Assembly (NCBI GenBank): GCA_004764695.1
Contig: SMSO01000007.1
Coordinates: 1,743,270 to 1,807,269, forward strand
DNA length: 64,000 nt
DNA from: Schizochytrium sp. TIO01
Lineage: Eukaryota > Protista > Bigyra: Labyrinthulomycetes
Reading direction: 5' to 3'
Numbering within the stretch: position 1 is the first letter of the stretch; every line of letters starts with the position of its first letter. A program made the translations under genes and the position numbers. The notes beneath the pieces were generated by a model. The model saw nothing but the letters and a program-made list of their open reading frames with translations. It did no database searches and was not told the DNA's origin. Positions 44,601 to 57,939 of the stretch are shown in pieces.

Positions 44601-47600
44601 GCCCTATTCGAGTGCCGAATTCCGAGCACGCTGATGTGAACGCAACCTACTTCCCAACTCTCTATTGCGCTAATACAGGGGCGCATTCGAAGGGCTGCAC
44701 TGCATTGAGCGCTCACCAGCACATAGGACAGTCGTGCCTTTATCCTTCCCCCTATGGCACTTTACCAATGAACCATGAATGAAACTCATTTCTTAAAACT
44801 GATTAAAAGAGAGAAAGAAAGAAAACAACTTCTTATCGTCTTCAAAAGGCTAAGCTTTGATGAGAGGGACACTGCCATACAGCTCTCTTTCTTTTCTTTT
44901 CAGTTCATTTATGACAACAAACAAACAAAAAGGATAGCACAAACAAAAAAAAACTTTCTTAATTCAATTTATTTGTGTTTAACCAAAATTAAAAACAAAT
45001 TTAATTTTTAAAATCCAGCTTTCCTGCGATGCATATCCGCATCAATGAAAAATCTTAGTCCATACTTAGCCAGTAAGAAATCAACTCGAAGGGAGTGAAA
45101 TCTAGTAGGTCCTAGCCATCGCCTAGCCAGGTCCTAGCAAGCTTGGAGCCTGCCTGCGCGAAAATTCCCTTCGACGGAGCTCGTGCCTGCGAGAATGCTC
45201 ATAGGCTTCAGTCCGCCTCACGTTTTCGCGAGAGAAGTTCCCATTACCGCCTTGTGGCCGTGTTGCCGGTTCTCTTTCGACCTCTTCCGCGCGTATATCG
45301 ACGGCTGAGTCGGCTCAGTATTGAGATCTCTGTTGCGGGTTTCGCACTGATTGAAGTTGGACTTTGAAGAGAGCGCCGGCGGCGACTCCTACTGGGCGCC
45401 TAGCTAGGGCTTGGCACCGGGAGATCGATGAGCTTTCTAGTAGAGCTTTCGAGTCTCAGGGCACTCCTATGGTTAAGGGTAGCAAGGCAGTGTGCGCGAG
45501 TCGGGACCACTTTCGGCGGACTGGAACCATCTTACTCAGGACCTGGTCGCCTGCGTATCTGCTGGAGCAGTGCACATACTGTGCCAAAGTTGGCCTTATA
45601 AAATATGGAGGGTCTGTTCCAAAGATGTCCCCGCACGCTGTTGTGTACAGTGCCGGGAGAACGATAGAGTAGAATTTGGCAGGGCAAAGCTGCATACTGG
45701 GTCACGGTGCTGGAAAGGCAGAAATGGAGGTTTTCTCTTCCGGTAGCATCTATCTACGTATCCACTACGTATGGGCTGTATAGTCATAGCTACTTTTTAG
45801 AATGAGAAGAGTCATTCGAATGCATTGCATTGGTTGATTTAACTTTTCTGGCGCTCGAAGAATTCGGTGTTTTGTTTGTCCTTGGAGCAGCTATTCTTCG
45901 GCTCGCAGTGAGTAAGTGAGGTCATGACAGAGTAAATTAGTCGGTCAGTGAGTATGTACGTACCTCCTTCTTCCACAGATGCGATGCGTGCGGATCATGA
46001 GTTGACTGACTGCCAATCCGTTGGAGTCTTGAACGCGTACTGATGCATTTGATTATATTTGTTTGTTTGCTTGCTTGCTTATTTATTTATTTATTTATTT
46101 ATCTAATTATTGATTTATTTGTCTATTTATTTATTTGTCGATTGGTTTGTCTATTGGTTTGTCTGTTTCTTTGCTTGTTTGTTTCTTAGTTTGTTTGTCG
46201 ATTGGTTGATTGGTCATCTTACTGGAGTATTGGCTTAATTCCGCCCAACGTAAGTCGCCTTGTGCTTTGCGTCGCCGGTTGTGTGCTCTGCATCCGCTTC
46301 GCCTACGCTTTCCAGGCCCAGTCATCTGCGCAGACGCCACAAGTCCGAACACGCGCCCAATAATGTTAACTTTTAATTAAAAGTTTTGTAGATTGTGGAT
46401 TAAAAGTCATAAACTCTTTGCAGTGAGTCAAAGCGGCGAAGAGAGAACTTTGAAAAAGAAAGAAAGAAAAAAAGAAAGAAAGAGGACTGCTCTTTGTAAA
46501 AGAAAGGCGCTCTTTTCTCTCGAAAGATCGCTCCACCAGATTGTCGATCAGCCTTTGTGCGGTTCTAGGAAGTAGGTACCGGCCTTTGAACTGGTGTAGT
46601 CAGAGTATATTCATAGTACAAGTTGTTAAAGAAGTGACATATATTTGGTTAAAAAAACACATTGAAAAACACATGAACATAGTTAATTCAATATTTATAT
46701 ATATGTTCTCTAATTTATAAAAAGTATAAATTAAAAAAGGAAAGAGAAAAAAGCGAATGTTGGGATCGAAGATCATGATCAGGGTCCACGTTTGACTTGC
46801 ACGGCAGTGACATGACCGGGTCGATCTTGAGCTCAAAGAGAGGGCCTGGATGGATAGAGAAACCAACTTGAAGGCCGTGGCGGGGCGAGCAGACTTCGAG
46901 ACCGACCGTTCCAAACCAAGCTCAGGATGGCTCGTCGTCGTCCAGCTTCGTACTGTGCCAAGCACGCGAGCAATCCGGTGCTTTGGGACTACGTGACGCC
47001 TGGGCGCTTGCGCACCTCGCAAAGGTCTCCTTCTTCGCCTTGCACTTGATCCTCCCTGAGAGTTTGTTCACCACGGTGTCACTTCAGGCTCTTCAGCGAT
47101 CTTGGTTTTCTCGTCAGGTCGGCGAAGTAGAAGATGACTCCCAGAGTCATCCGCACAGCGGAGCTTGCTCGAGGCTATAAAGCTCCATGCCGTGGACTTG
47201 CGTGGGTCCCTACGTTGCCTCCCGCCGCGCTACGCACGCAGCGTCGCTCTCAGAAGCGGCGGATCGACCCTCTGGCCTTCGTTGTCCTGGGCGGTTCTAG
47301 CTCGAGCCCATGAGCGTAGCGTGTCCTGCCAGTGTAACTGCTGTCGAGTTCTGTCCTGCCGGGTCCACGGCAGGTGGCCACGGTGCGAACTCGAGGCATG
47401 CGTGCGCAGGTCCTGGAGGTCTTCTGCGGCGGCTTCGTTATGTGGGACGCGAGCAAGTTATCCTCGCTACGCCACACGTATCCTTGCGAATTCCGAGATC
47501 CCGCGCAGACTTATCACACGGTCAATCATCTACCCCGATCGAAGGCATCCATCTGAAGCGAAGATATAAACCTGGGCCAATCTCTCTGCATCATATCAGT

Positions 47601-48994
47601 TCCTGGGCGGACTCTCGAGCCCAACCAAGTTCAACTCGGACCTCTTTCCGTTGCCAGCTCCAGCTTCTTCGCCTCTTCGCTTGCTTGCGTGTGTTTATTT
47701 GTATGCTCTTGGTTTCGAGGTGTATGGATGGACTCATCGAACGATCGCCACAGAAAGACGTGCCGAAGAAGGAGGTCTATTGTGTCAAGAGAGCAGCAGG
47801 CCATCCATCCATCTCTCCAACAGAACCACTCCACTCACTCCAAATTAGGCTCACTCACTCACTCATACCTCCATCGATCGGAGAGCTCCGAAGAGGAAAG
47901 GAAATCGTCAACAGCCGTGTCCCAAGGATCTCTTCGAGCTTAAGAGGGACAGATAGCTGCGCTTGTGCCCTTAGGAGCACAGGCCAATCAGGCATTTACA
48001 GGCTTTCATACGTACATACATACATATACTTACATATACATACATACATACATTTATACATAGCGGAGTAAGTCTTCCCGCACAGTGACTTGACCTGGAA
48101 TGAACTTATTTAATCAAATAAAAGATAATGATAGATAGATAACATGGTGAATGAATGAATGATTGATTGATTGATCTGCTCTGTATATTTGTTTGTTTGT
48201 CTGTTTATTTATTTATTCATGATAACAGCGGGTTAACAAAAGCAAGGACGCTTAATCTGGGAAGCGTGGCCTTACGGGATTGTTAGGAGCTTCTATGCTC
48301 TGGGAGTTACGAAAATCACGTCAGTGCGGAAAAGGGGAAAAAAGTGAAGGCGCAAAGGGGGGCAAATGAAGACACTTTCTTCTCTCAAGATTCCGCGACA
48401 GTCCATGCATTTCCTCTCTGATCGCCTAATCATTCGATTTCAATTTATGTCAAATAAAAATTTCAAATTTAAAAAAACAAAGAAAGAAAGAAAAAAAAGT
48501 TATTTTGTTTGGCAAAGAAAATGTCATTAAAGTAATAAAGTGCCAACAATTTGAGTTACGCGGATAAAGAATGAACCCCTCTGCGGAAACTCAGTTCATT
48601 TCACGAAAAGGAGGGCCCTTTCTTCTTCTTCTCCCGGAGTCCACGAGATTCGGCGGAGCCTGAAACAGTGACGATAACGATGACGACGAAAGGTACCTAT
48701 TGTGGCGATCTAGCTGTTTGTGTGTCTTTCTGTCTCTGTCTGTCTTCGAGTCGAAATTGAAGTTCGCATTGCCCTCTTCTTCTGCTTCGGTTCTCTCTGT
48801 GTTTTGGCTCCTTCTCGGCGTTAGACAGGAATAATGCGCCTCTTTAGCTCTTTAGAGTAGTTGGCCGTGACGAGTTTAATTCATTAAGCACAAAATGACC
48901 TGCTTGAAAGACCAACTTTGAGGCCCCTTTCTCTCTCTTTCTCTTTCTCTTATTGGAGGACCGCATAACCGCGTCCGTACGCAAAAAACAAACA

Positions 48995-49090
48995 ACTTGA
49001 AACAAATAACTTGAAACAAATAACTTGAAACAAATAACTTGAAACAAATAACTTGAAACAAATAACTTGAAACAAATAACTTGAAACAAA
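48995..49090. repeat. 14-bp minisatellite (ACTTGAAACAAATA), six perfect copies plus a partial seventh
   Basis: Perfect head-to-tail copies start at 48995, 49009, 49023, 49037, 49051 and 49065, with a partial copy at 49079. Confidence 0.97.
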
Positions 49091-49459
49091 CAAACAAACA
49101 GCTTAGAATCCGCGTCTTTTGCTGGCGGTGCCCACGAATGGCACATTACGCTATGTCAAAGTCAATAAATATACACCGTCGCAGCATAACGCTCTCTTTC
49201 AATCCCAAAAGCAAAGCAAAGCAAAGCAAAGCAAAGCAAAGCAAAGAGAAGAAAAGGTTGTTCACTTCGGTGTGCATTTTATGATGACCACTGTGATAGA
49301 GCTGCTTTCTGAAGACGGTCTTCAACTTTAATCTAATTTGACAAGTTGAACAAAGGTAAAGCTGGTACATCAATAGAACACAACAGCACAGCTCAGCAAA
49401 GAACGGAACACGTTTGTTACGTTCAAGCAGAAAAGCGCTGCGCTGTCTCTCGTGTGCCA

Positions 49460-51873
49460 ATGAGCAGAAAGGAGGTGCTCTTAGGCCTCCTTATGAGCTC
49501 TTTGCGGCCATTTCTTCACGTGGCGACCGGCCGAGCGAGTGTTTTCCCTCGAGAGATTGAGGAGTTCCTGGTCGCGGTCGCCTCGCTTGCAAAAGAACAG
49601 TAAGGGGCGTAAGCAGCGCAGTGGCTGAGGCGTTCTATTTCCCTTCCGGCGGAGCTGGGACCGTGACTAGGGACCCTCCCTAGTACCTGTTCTTTGGCGC
49701 GAAGAGAGACGATGAGACCGATTAATCTCATTCTCTGATTCCACTCACGGTGGCTTAGCACTTATGAATAGACTGCTAAAAGTTAGTAGCGTTTAGTTGT
49801 GATCAGAAGGTGTTGAGAGTTTTTATTTTGCTGTTGTTGTGGTTAAAACTATAAAACGCTTCATTTTGATATGAACAGTGCTTTCCATTCGGCAATCTTG
49901 GAACGTTTCCTTTTCTTTCAACTCGCTTCTTCAAAATTGTGTACATCAGTATTATCGTATCTTTCTTTCTATGAAGAAAAAGAAGAAAAAGATTGAAAGC
50001 GTAAAGGGGATTTTAAAAGTGTTTCTGATGAAAAAAAATTAAGAAAGTAATTGTTTTTCTTCTTTTTCTTGAAAGTTGCTGTTTCTATTTTAAAACATGT
50101 GAGTAAATATTATTGCAATTTCTAGAGATATTCTATCAAGATTAGGTACTTACTACCTACTACGTTCTTCCAAGCAACAAGTAGGTTTCCCGATATGAAG
50201 AACTTTGAGACTGGGGTAGACTGTGTTAATAATGAGGCAGTTTCTTTCCTCGCGACCTTTCCTGGCGATAATAACGTGGACGTGGCTGCCGACTATTCGC
50301 GAAGTTTGTTGGCCTTTGTTCCTTTCGACTCATGACAGGTATTTGTTTTTCTATAACAGCGACTCCAGTGGTAAACGGGGATACTGGATGAGCAAGAAAC
50401 AAATATGAACCTTTTTCAGTCAGATTGCTAGTCCGACACGTAGCAAGTCCTATGCGATGGCGCCGTTTATAACTTCTGTAAGAACGTTCAAAGTTTTTAC
50501 ACACAGCTCAAGCTGTCAGAAACATGTGAACTTTGCAACTTCGTGGATGGAGGATAACTCTATCGTCGCGAAAGCTTCGCAAAGATTACAAAAACCTCGA
50601 AACTTGAAGTGCTAACTTGCAACTCGACCAAGGAGCAGGCAGGCGGGTAGACATTTTCCTTGGAGATAGTTTATTAGATAAACTTGGACATGTATCTTAC
50701 AAACGCGTAAAAGGTGGATGGAAAAGCGAGATCTCGTCGGTTTACAACTCTTCAAGCTCGAGAGAGAGAGATTCGAAGTTGATTTTAATCTCCAGAAATT
50801 GATTGCCTCCTCCTCTTCGTTAGAGTTGATTTTGGTATATCTTGACTGAGTTCTGTCTCTCTTCTTATGCGCGTTACGTTGGAATGCATCAGCTTGAAAT
50901 GCCTCATAGTAGCTGAGCGTTTAAGCTCAATAGATCTTGTGGCAATCTGTGGCGGTTTCAATCTCGAGAAATAAAAGACTTTTGTTTTGCCTTTCTTGCA
51001 GTTCTTGCAGTTCTTCATGTTAACGTGTAGCGCAACTCGAACCACAACTCGACAGTAGAGATAAATAAACTAAACTCTGACCAAGATGGCGGATCGCTGA
51101 AGGATCTGATGCCATGGACACGCTGAAGAACTCTGCGACAAGCCATGGCTACGGTGACCTTGCTAGTGGTACAATACCATCAAGAGCCTCGTATCCCATC
51201 ACCCACGTGCGACTCGGAGAAAATGGACATCACAACACCAACACAATTCCAACTTATGGCGGTCTCTTCTGGGCTTTGTGGTATACGCGAAGAGAAAGAT
51301 TGGAAAGACAAAGCCCCGAGGACATTCACGAGGACGTCCATGAATAAAATCGCCAGCTTCGGCCTGAGATCGCCGAAACCAATTAAATTCAGTAGGATGT
51401 CTGTGTTCTGCAAATGAGCAAGATCTCTTGTTTATGAACATCATCATTACCGATCGAGCGTAGCTATTTCCTCATCAGTGCGTGCGATGAGTACCTCGTT
51501 CATGTCAAGTTATTTTAACGAGAACGACCAAAGGCAATCAATCTGTGGCAGCGGTTTCTTCGCTTGTCCTATCTGCGAGGAGTTCAAGCAAATAACCTGG
51601 AGGTACCTTGTGATGTACGATTGAAATACATACGTTCAATCGCTTGATTGAAATACTTTCAACCACTTGAACAATTAATTGCCAGCGGGCGGAAGTCTTT
51701 GGCAAACTCATGCCGTGGAGGACGAGAGCGGCCATCTTCGCACCCTGAAACCTGAGGTATGCGTGCATATCCACTCTCTAATTCCAAAGCGGACCGCATA
51801 TGCGCGGGTGTGTACCTCGATGGTACACTGGCGTAGTAGTCGAGCGGAAAATGAAGCGCCAGCCCCCTTTTAA
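49460..51873 (+). mobile_element. Heavily decayed Ty3/Gypsy-like LTR-retrotransposon relic in gag - protease - RT order
   Basis: Gag-like LLMSSLRP...LAKEQ (49460-49600). Protease-like DSS (50361) and DIFLGDSLLDKLG (50650-50688). One frame with stops reads AS..L..PKP....RMSV (51352-51405), YF...D (51511-51528), SGFFACPICEEFKQIT (51550-51597), YLVM, HA..D..GHL..L (51709), LIPKRT and VHW (51823). The YxDD motif is not preserved and no LTRs were seen. Confidence 0.4.
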
Positions 51874-54143
51874 CTATGTTTGGGAATGAGCGGTGTTATT
51901 GGTACCTCCCTCAGGTAGAAATGGGTAATTAATTACAAAGTTACCTGCCGCTCACGGGTCTTGTCAAAGTAAACTAAGCTTTCATCTGTGAAGAGGCACT
52001 GATTGGCACTAGAAAGGACAGAACAGCAACACTCCAACCAACCCAAAACAATGCTTTTATCCATTTTGTAGTTTGGAGATGAAAAAGAAAAGAAAAAAGT
52101 CTTGAAAGCTCGCTGATCGTTGTTAGATAGAGGCGCACTACCTACTCTTAGAGGTGTGCTGGAGTGAAGAGAGAGAGAAAATGGAGAAGCGCTTTCTTGT
52201 TCACTCTGGGGTAGCAGCTGCTAGAGAAAGGCGTAAGATGCTGCTGGTGTTCTCCCAGGAATGAAAGAAAGCCTTGAAGCAAAGAAAGATCATCGACAAT
52301 ATGGTCTCTTTCTCTTTTAAAAGGTGGAACGCGGTCGTAGGTTTTATAGACAGCACAGCCGATTCGCTGAGTTGGCGGAACGTGTCTTATGTGGACACTA
52401 AAGCCTGAGCACCCGCGAGTCTGTTTGAGTATTCACACCGTCTTTTAGACGGCAATCTATTTCTCGATGAAGAATCGCCTCTTCAGTGATTTATAATGAT
52501 TTACTTTATTTTCAAGTTTGGTTTAATTGTAAGAAAGAACAAGAAGAAGAAGAACAAGAAGAAGAAGAAGAGGAGAAAAGATTTTCTTGCCTTAATTTTT
52601 CATTTTTCCATTTTTCATTTGAGGAACTGGAGGGAAACAGCTTTTCAAACTCAATGAGGAGTGGGAAAGTGGAAAGAGGCGAAAGGATGATTGACGAAGA
52701 AGGAGAAGAAGAAGAAGAAGGAGAAGAAAGCACCGTCTTTTTCTGCTCTTACCTACTGAGCTCTCTAGCTAGAGAGTCAGATGTTTTTTTTTTTTTTTTT
52801 TTTTCTATATGGTTTTTAAAGTTTTTCCCCTTTTAAAGTTTGGCTGATGGGTAGGCAGGTAGGTGAACACTTACTTACTACTTACTGGTGGTGACTGCCT
52901 TGTTTCTTTCAAGTGTTTGTTTCTTTTGAAAGGAAAGAACTCACTTCTGTTTCATTTCTTTCCAATTCCATTCCGAGTCGTCGTCGTTTATTTCAAGTTG
53001 ACCATTTCTTTTCTTTCTCTGTATTTGTTAGCTGTGGCTTCAGGTTGTTAACCTGTTTAGATCGTTTCAAGAAGGCTTTCTGTCTGTGTTATTTATTATA
53101 GTTAGTATCTGTATCAGACATGGTGGCGATGATGGCTGACGAAATGGTGGTTTCGAGCTTACAATTAATTAACAAGTTCGCAGGCGGAGTTAGGTACCTT
53201 TGGTGGCGCGATCTGCGATTGGTCGAGTAGTTATTGAGTAGAGGCATCGATCCACGCGTAGGTACCTAACTGACTAGAGGCGGTTTTGTTCATCCTCACA
53301 AAGAAATGGCTGTGGATCCACTATTCCACTACCTCAGACAGTGGTATTCATAAAACGCAATGCTGTTTGTGCTTAAGTGAGGCAGAACAAAAGAAAACAA
53401 GAGAAAATAAGAGAAAACAAAGCAAAAGAAAAGAAAAGAAAAGAAAACGTTCTATTTATTTCTACTTTTTAAACAGAGTAAGCCAAAAAAATATCGATCA
53501 ATGTTAAAAGGCTGAAGAAGCGAAAGGGGATAAAACTTTACAATTGGAATATAAAGAGATTAAACAAAATGTTTAATGAAAGAATGAATCAAAGAGTGAT
53601 CATTACTAAGACAGATAAACAGACAGACAGACAGACAGACAGGCTGACTGACGACTGTCTGTCATTCCTCCATCGCTACTAGCCTCGCTCGAGACAAGAG
53701 CGGCTCGCCGGGGCGGCGGGCTGGCTAGCTGGCTAGCTGTCCATATACTCCAATCAACACATTTAGTTATTCACCCATTCATTCGTCCAATTTTCCTTCC
53801 GGTCACCCCGTTGAGTGGGTTGCGAAAGAGGATCTCTTGAGATCTATCTACTAGGAATAGCTTCTTGTCCATAACTCAGCACGCACGGCGACTGTGTAGA
53901 CCTTGCCTCTCCAAGTTCCCTCGCTGGGTTAACCTTGGTCGCATCTTTTATCGCCCTCAGTGTAAAGTCCAGAGGACCCTATAGCCAAAGGCCCACTCTT
54001 CAACGACGGCTGTGAGCCTGACGTCGAGTCTGGCGTCATCGTCATCATCTTCATCATCCACACAAACAAAAAATTGACAAAGCAACATCAATAATCAAAA
54101 GGTCCTTGCGATCAGCATAACCTAGCAACCACCTGAGCACACC

Positions 54144-55319
54144 ATGAAGCGGAATCTCTCACTCTCAGGTGCTAATTTTGCAGCTGACGGCCAACAAAGG
54201 GTTGGCCATGGGTACTCCACTGATCCTCGATACAGACATGACCAGAACCAACTGCACGTACCTTCACAGCAACAGTATCTTGGCTCACAGCAAGGCAGAC
54301 ACAATGCTTACGGTCAAGGGCTCCCTGGACAGCAACAACAAATGCAGCAGCAGGTGCAGCAGCAAATGCAGCAGCTTCAATTGCACCAGTCATCGCAACA
54401 ACCTCAACAACAGCAACAGCAGGGAGGATTTCATAATAGCTCTGGCCAGCAGAGAGGATCAGATCTTCATGCTGGAAACTTTAGACCGAATATCGGGAAT
54501 GGGTCACAGGGAGACCAACCGACGCCGCAACCAATGTCGCAGGGCATGTCACAGGGTGCAGATCAGTTGGAGAAGCGCCTTCGTGAGCAACGGCAGTCAT
54601 CATCGAGCATGTTCACGCCACAATTACTGGCTGCATTCCAGTCCTCAGGGTCGTCTGGCCTCAACACTCTCCAGACAATGTTGGCATCACCCTCGCCCTC
54701 TCCTGCGAGTCCCCCACCCGCCTCAGGCATGAATGTATCAGGGTCAGGCGGAAATGTTCCAGCACAGGACCGCCCCAGCAGCAATAACTCGGCATCCCTC
54801 AACACGGCGCGCATCACTGATAGACAAACCTATAAGGAGGTTCGCGAACGCATGGTGGATATGGTTGACGATAAGCAAGTCCTCAGTAAGCATGACTTTG
54901 ATCAGCTTTATGTTGATTTACGCCGCACACAGGAATTTGCGCGACAGGTCAGTATGCCTGACAGGTCCAAGCTGCAGCTCAAGGACACAGGAAATATTAA
55001 CGTAGAAGAAGCTTGGCAACAGCTCTTGGAACGCAGTCTTATTGCAGAGAATGATGATGAGAACTTCATTCGCTTGCTTATTTGGCGTCAGCACCTGCGC
55101 CTTCACACAAGTAACTTTGAGCCTCCTACCTTTGCTGATTCACGCCAATGGACAGGTATGCTCTTTCGTCAGACACTCATGAACATGGTTGAGGAGACCC
55201 GCATCTTCAAAAACTCAAAACCACGTACGCGTAGTGAGCTCTTTCTGCGCCTTTACTTACTTGCGAAGGTTTCGGGTATTCAGCTGGAGTTTCACCACAC
55301 TGACTTCCGCTCCGGATAA
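54144..55319 (+). CDS. Orphan protein: Gln/Gly/Ser-rich low-complexity N-terminus and a ~170-aa helical C-terminal domain
   Basis: 391-aa ORF with ATG in a good context (CACCATG). Coding-like composition. No recognised family. Confidence 0.82.
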   Translation: MKRNLSLSGANFAADGQQRVGHGYSTDPRYRHDQNQLHVPSQQQYLGSQQGRHNAYGQGLPGQQQQMQQQVQQQMQQLQLHQSSQQPQQQQQQGGFHNSSGQQRGSDLHAGNFRPNIGNGSQGDQPTPQPMSQGMSQGADQLEKRLREQRQSSSSMFTPQLLAAFQSSGSSGLNTLQTMLASPSPSPASPPPASGMNVSGSGGNVPAQDRPSSNNSASLNTARITDRQTYKEVRERMVDMVDDKQVLSKHDFDQLYVDLRRTQEFARQVSMPDRSKLQLKDTGNINVEEAWQQLLERSLIAENDDENFIRLLIWRQHLRLHTSNFEPPTFADSRQWTGMLFRQTLMNMVEETRIFKNSKPRTRSELFLRLYLLAKVSGIQLEFHHTDFRSG

Positions 55320-57939
55320 GGTACATCATCGCAAATCCTCCATGTTTTTTTATCATCTCTCGTTGATGTAAATCTTTTCTTTGGGATTTGGTCATGATCT
55401 TTTCCCCCGTCAATGCGTGGCTCGCTTCGCATCTACACACAGTGGACGTCATCACATGATACGCCTTGACCACATATTGTTCTTCTACCTGCCTGAACTG
55501 CCCTGCCTCCAACGAACCTGCTCTCACCGCTCGTGAGAGTCTTGGTCTTCCCCCTTACCGATCCCCCATGCATAGTAGATTTCCAAGGCTTTTTCAAGCA
55601 CATCTCTTCAATGTTTTAGCTTTTGGTTCCATAGCTCATTCGATGCCTCTTCTAGATCTTGATCTTATTACGTCTTCACTAGTATTTCGCTCAAATTTAT
55701 TCTCCATTAGCTCTCTCAAATCTAATTTGTATTTCTTCATTTAGTAATCCAACTTGCGAAACGAAGAGTGAATCGGGAATAAATTCACTATCGTTATAGG
55801 GAAAAGCGAAACATATCACCACCTTAAGGAAGCATGACCCTTGCAAGTTTTACTCTTTTCCCTCTCTTGGCAAACCTCGTCCTTTGCCTCCCTATACTGA
55901 TTTCACGCATACAGTAGACGGCAATATTTGCATGACATCCGAGAAGAAGCATATCTGCTGGATATTCGATTTTAATTCTAAAGAAAACAAAGATGAATCA
56001 TCAACGATTACCACTTTAGTTTGTACAGGCTAGAAACAAGGAGAGTGAGAACGAAAGAATTGTACGAGATGGCAACAACGAGCTAAAAGTTCTCTAGAGC
56101 TTCATTGCTCAAAGCTCATGAGAAGTTGGCACGCTCAAAGTTCTAACATTATAAGCAATATCAAATCATTTCGGATGTCACTTATGGTTATCTGAGAAGC
56201 CTTGTAACCCTTGACTAAGCCGATGGTCGATATTTGGAACATTGGCTCCTGATACTTAAAGAGAATTGTTTGAGCTAACACAAGAGCGAAATGAGACGAC
56301 ACCGTTGTGTCGCTAGCATATTGTTTTTTGCTTTCTTTTTGTTTTTCCAAAAACGGACAGTATCAAAGTAGTCCAATCAAATTATATATCCTAACCCTTT
56401 ATTCTAGACTGTTGGAATTGTGAATCTCTCTACAATTTTCGTAATCTCTGCTGCAGAGATGTAACTTAAGTAAAACATAAACAAGAGACGATACAAACTT
56501 CTGGTTTAGAGTGTTTGGTTGAAGCGAAACATATTGGCTATAAGTAACTGTATTACCTGATCCCAGTTCCAAAAATACCCACATGTCCACCCCTAGCAGA
56601 AACAAAGCCATCGTCAGGCAAACAAAAACAAATAAAATTTGCGTGCTATGCACACCTATCCAGGAAGTTTGTTCTTCGCAATCTCAAGATTAGCTTCAGC
56701 TCGGATTTTCAAAGTGAACATGGCAATGATCAAGACATTAATCGTTGAGAGGGGGCTATAAAAAGGCGAAACATCGAGCTTGTGTTTACGTCGCTACTTC
56801 ATACATATTCCAAGTTGGTCGTCGGAAATAGTTCACTGAGGCGAACGTGGGCTTGGCGATCTTGCCGGAAAGAACGCTGACCTAGTTTGAAGGAGGCCAA
56901 CCGGGACGCCGTCCGCACATTTAAAAACAAATAGAAGTTCAGGTGCCTAGTTGTGCAAATGAAGGTTGATGGAATATTCCCTCCTATTTGTATAGTCTTA
57001 TATCTTACAATCAAGCTATTATCATGGGATTCTGCTTATCTTTAAGTTAATTGTGGACATAATAACTTCAAGGAAAAGGTGATGCGTAGTCATTGCACCC
57101 ATGCTTGGTTCGCCTTTTCAGCCAGCAGCCTCTTTTGCGTGCCCTTGCGTTGGAAAAGCGAGCAAACTACTTCTGACTAATTAGGAATAGCCACATTAAT
57201 GAACTCGACTCCCTCCTCTCTTGAATGACGAAAACACCATCAAAATACACACTCTCGAAAAGTGAGGTGAAGCTTCACCAACTTGACTCTCTATTCGACA
57301 CTATCCATCATCCTCACAATCACTCACACGCGGTTCAGGAATTATTGCTGTATTCACCTTGCCTTTATACTACTTTGCGAAATAAAAGCTGTTCGCATCG
57401 TCTCGTAGGTCACTTAGAGCACATGTGTAAAGAGTAAACAATGTTCAATCAATATATTTAAATGTTCTTGTCTTAGTAGGATGCGTACAGAATCTTGACA
57501 GGAGCATGCTTTCTTCTCCTTTCGTTTTGGGAATCTCAATCACTTTATAGAAAATCATTGAACAATTCTGAACTTTTTACTTTATTATCATTTACCAGCC
57601 ATATAGCGTCCGTGTCGCCGGGATAATGTACCTCCTGTCTCTGTCTGTGGTCCTGGCTCCGTCGCACAGAGGAGGTAATCACTGTTTAACGTTTTCCCAA
57701 GAATGATGATTCTGCCCTCGCTCGTGCACCTCCATAATTCCAAAAGCTATCCAGGTAGGCACTGTGGAAGTTTCATGCAATTAAAGATACGTCTTATCTG
57801 TCTATAGTCATTCGCAAATGGCTCAGAAACCCACCAAACTATCTATTCTATACCCACGGGCGTACAAACCAAGCCTGTGGCGGCCTGCGCACACACCCCT
57901 GTCCCAAGAGGCAACGAGAGCGCTGCCGCAATCATGCCT

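Noticed and set aside
47133-47151. Short perfect hairpin GATGACTC-CCA-GAGTCATC (similar small stems near 34063, 51809 and 57629-57677)
   Set aside because: Stems of 7-8 bp are expected by chance in 64 kb and show no ncRNA signature.
47310-48071. 253-aa ORF in the gene desert
   Set aside because: Arg/Ser/Cys-rich random-like composition, running into a (TACA)n microsatellite, with no motif.
48995-49090. TTGAAAC-containing repeat resembling a CRISPR repeat end
   Set aside because: Head-to-tail 14-mers without spacers, no cas genes, and a eukaryotic context.
51455-51610. Weak resemblance (IERS...DE...LWQRFLRL...NNLEVP) to the C-terminal domain of the 54144 gene
   Set aside because: Needs several gaps, and another frame of the same DNA fits RT motifs better.
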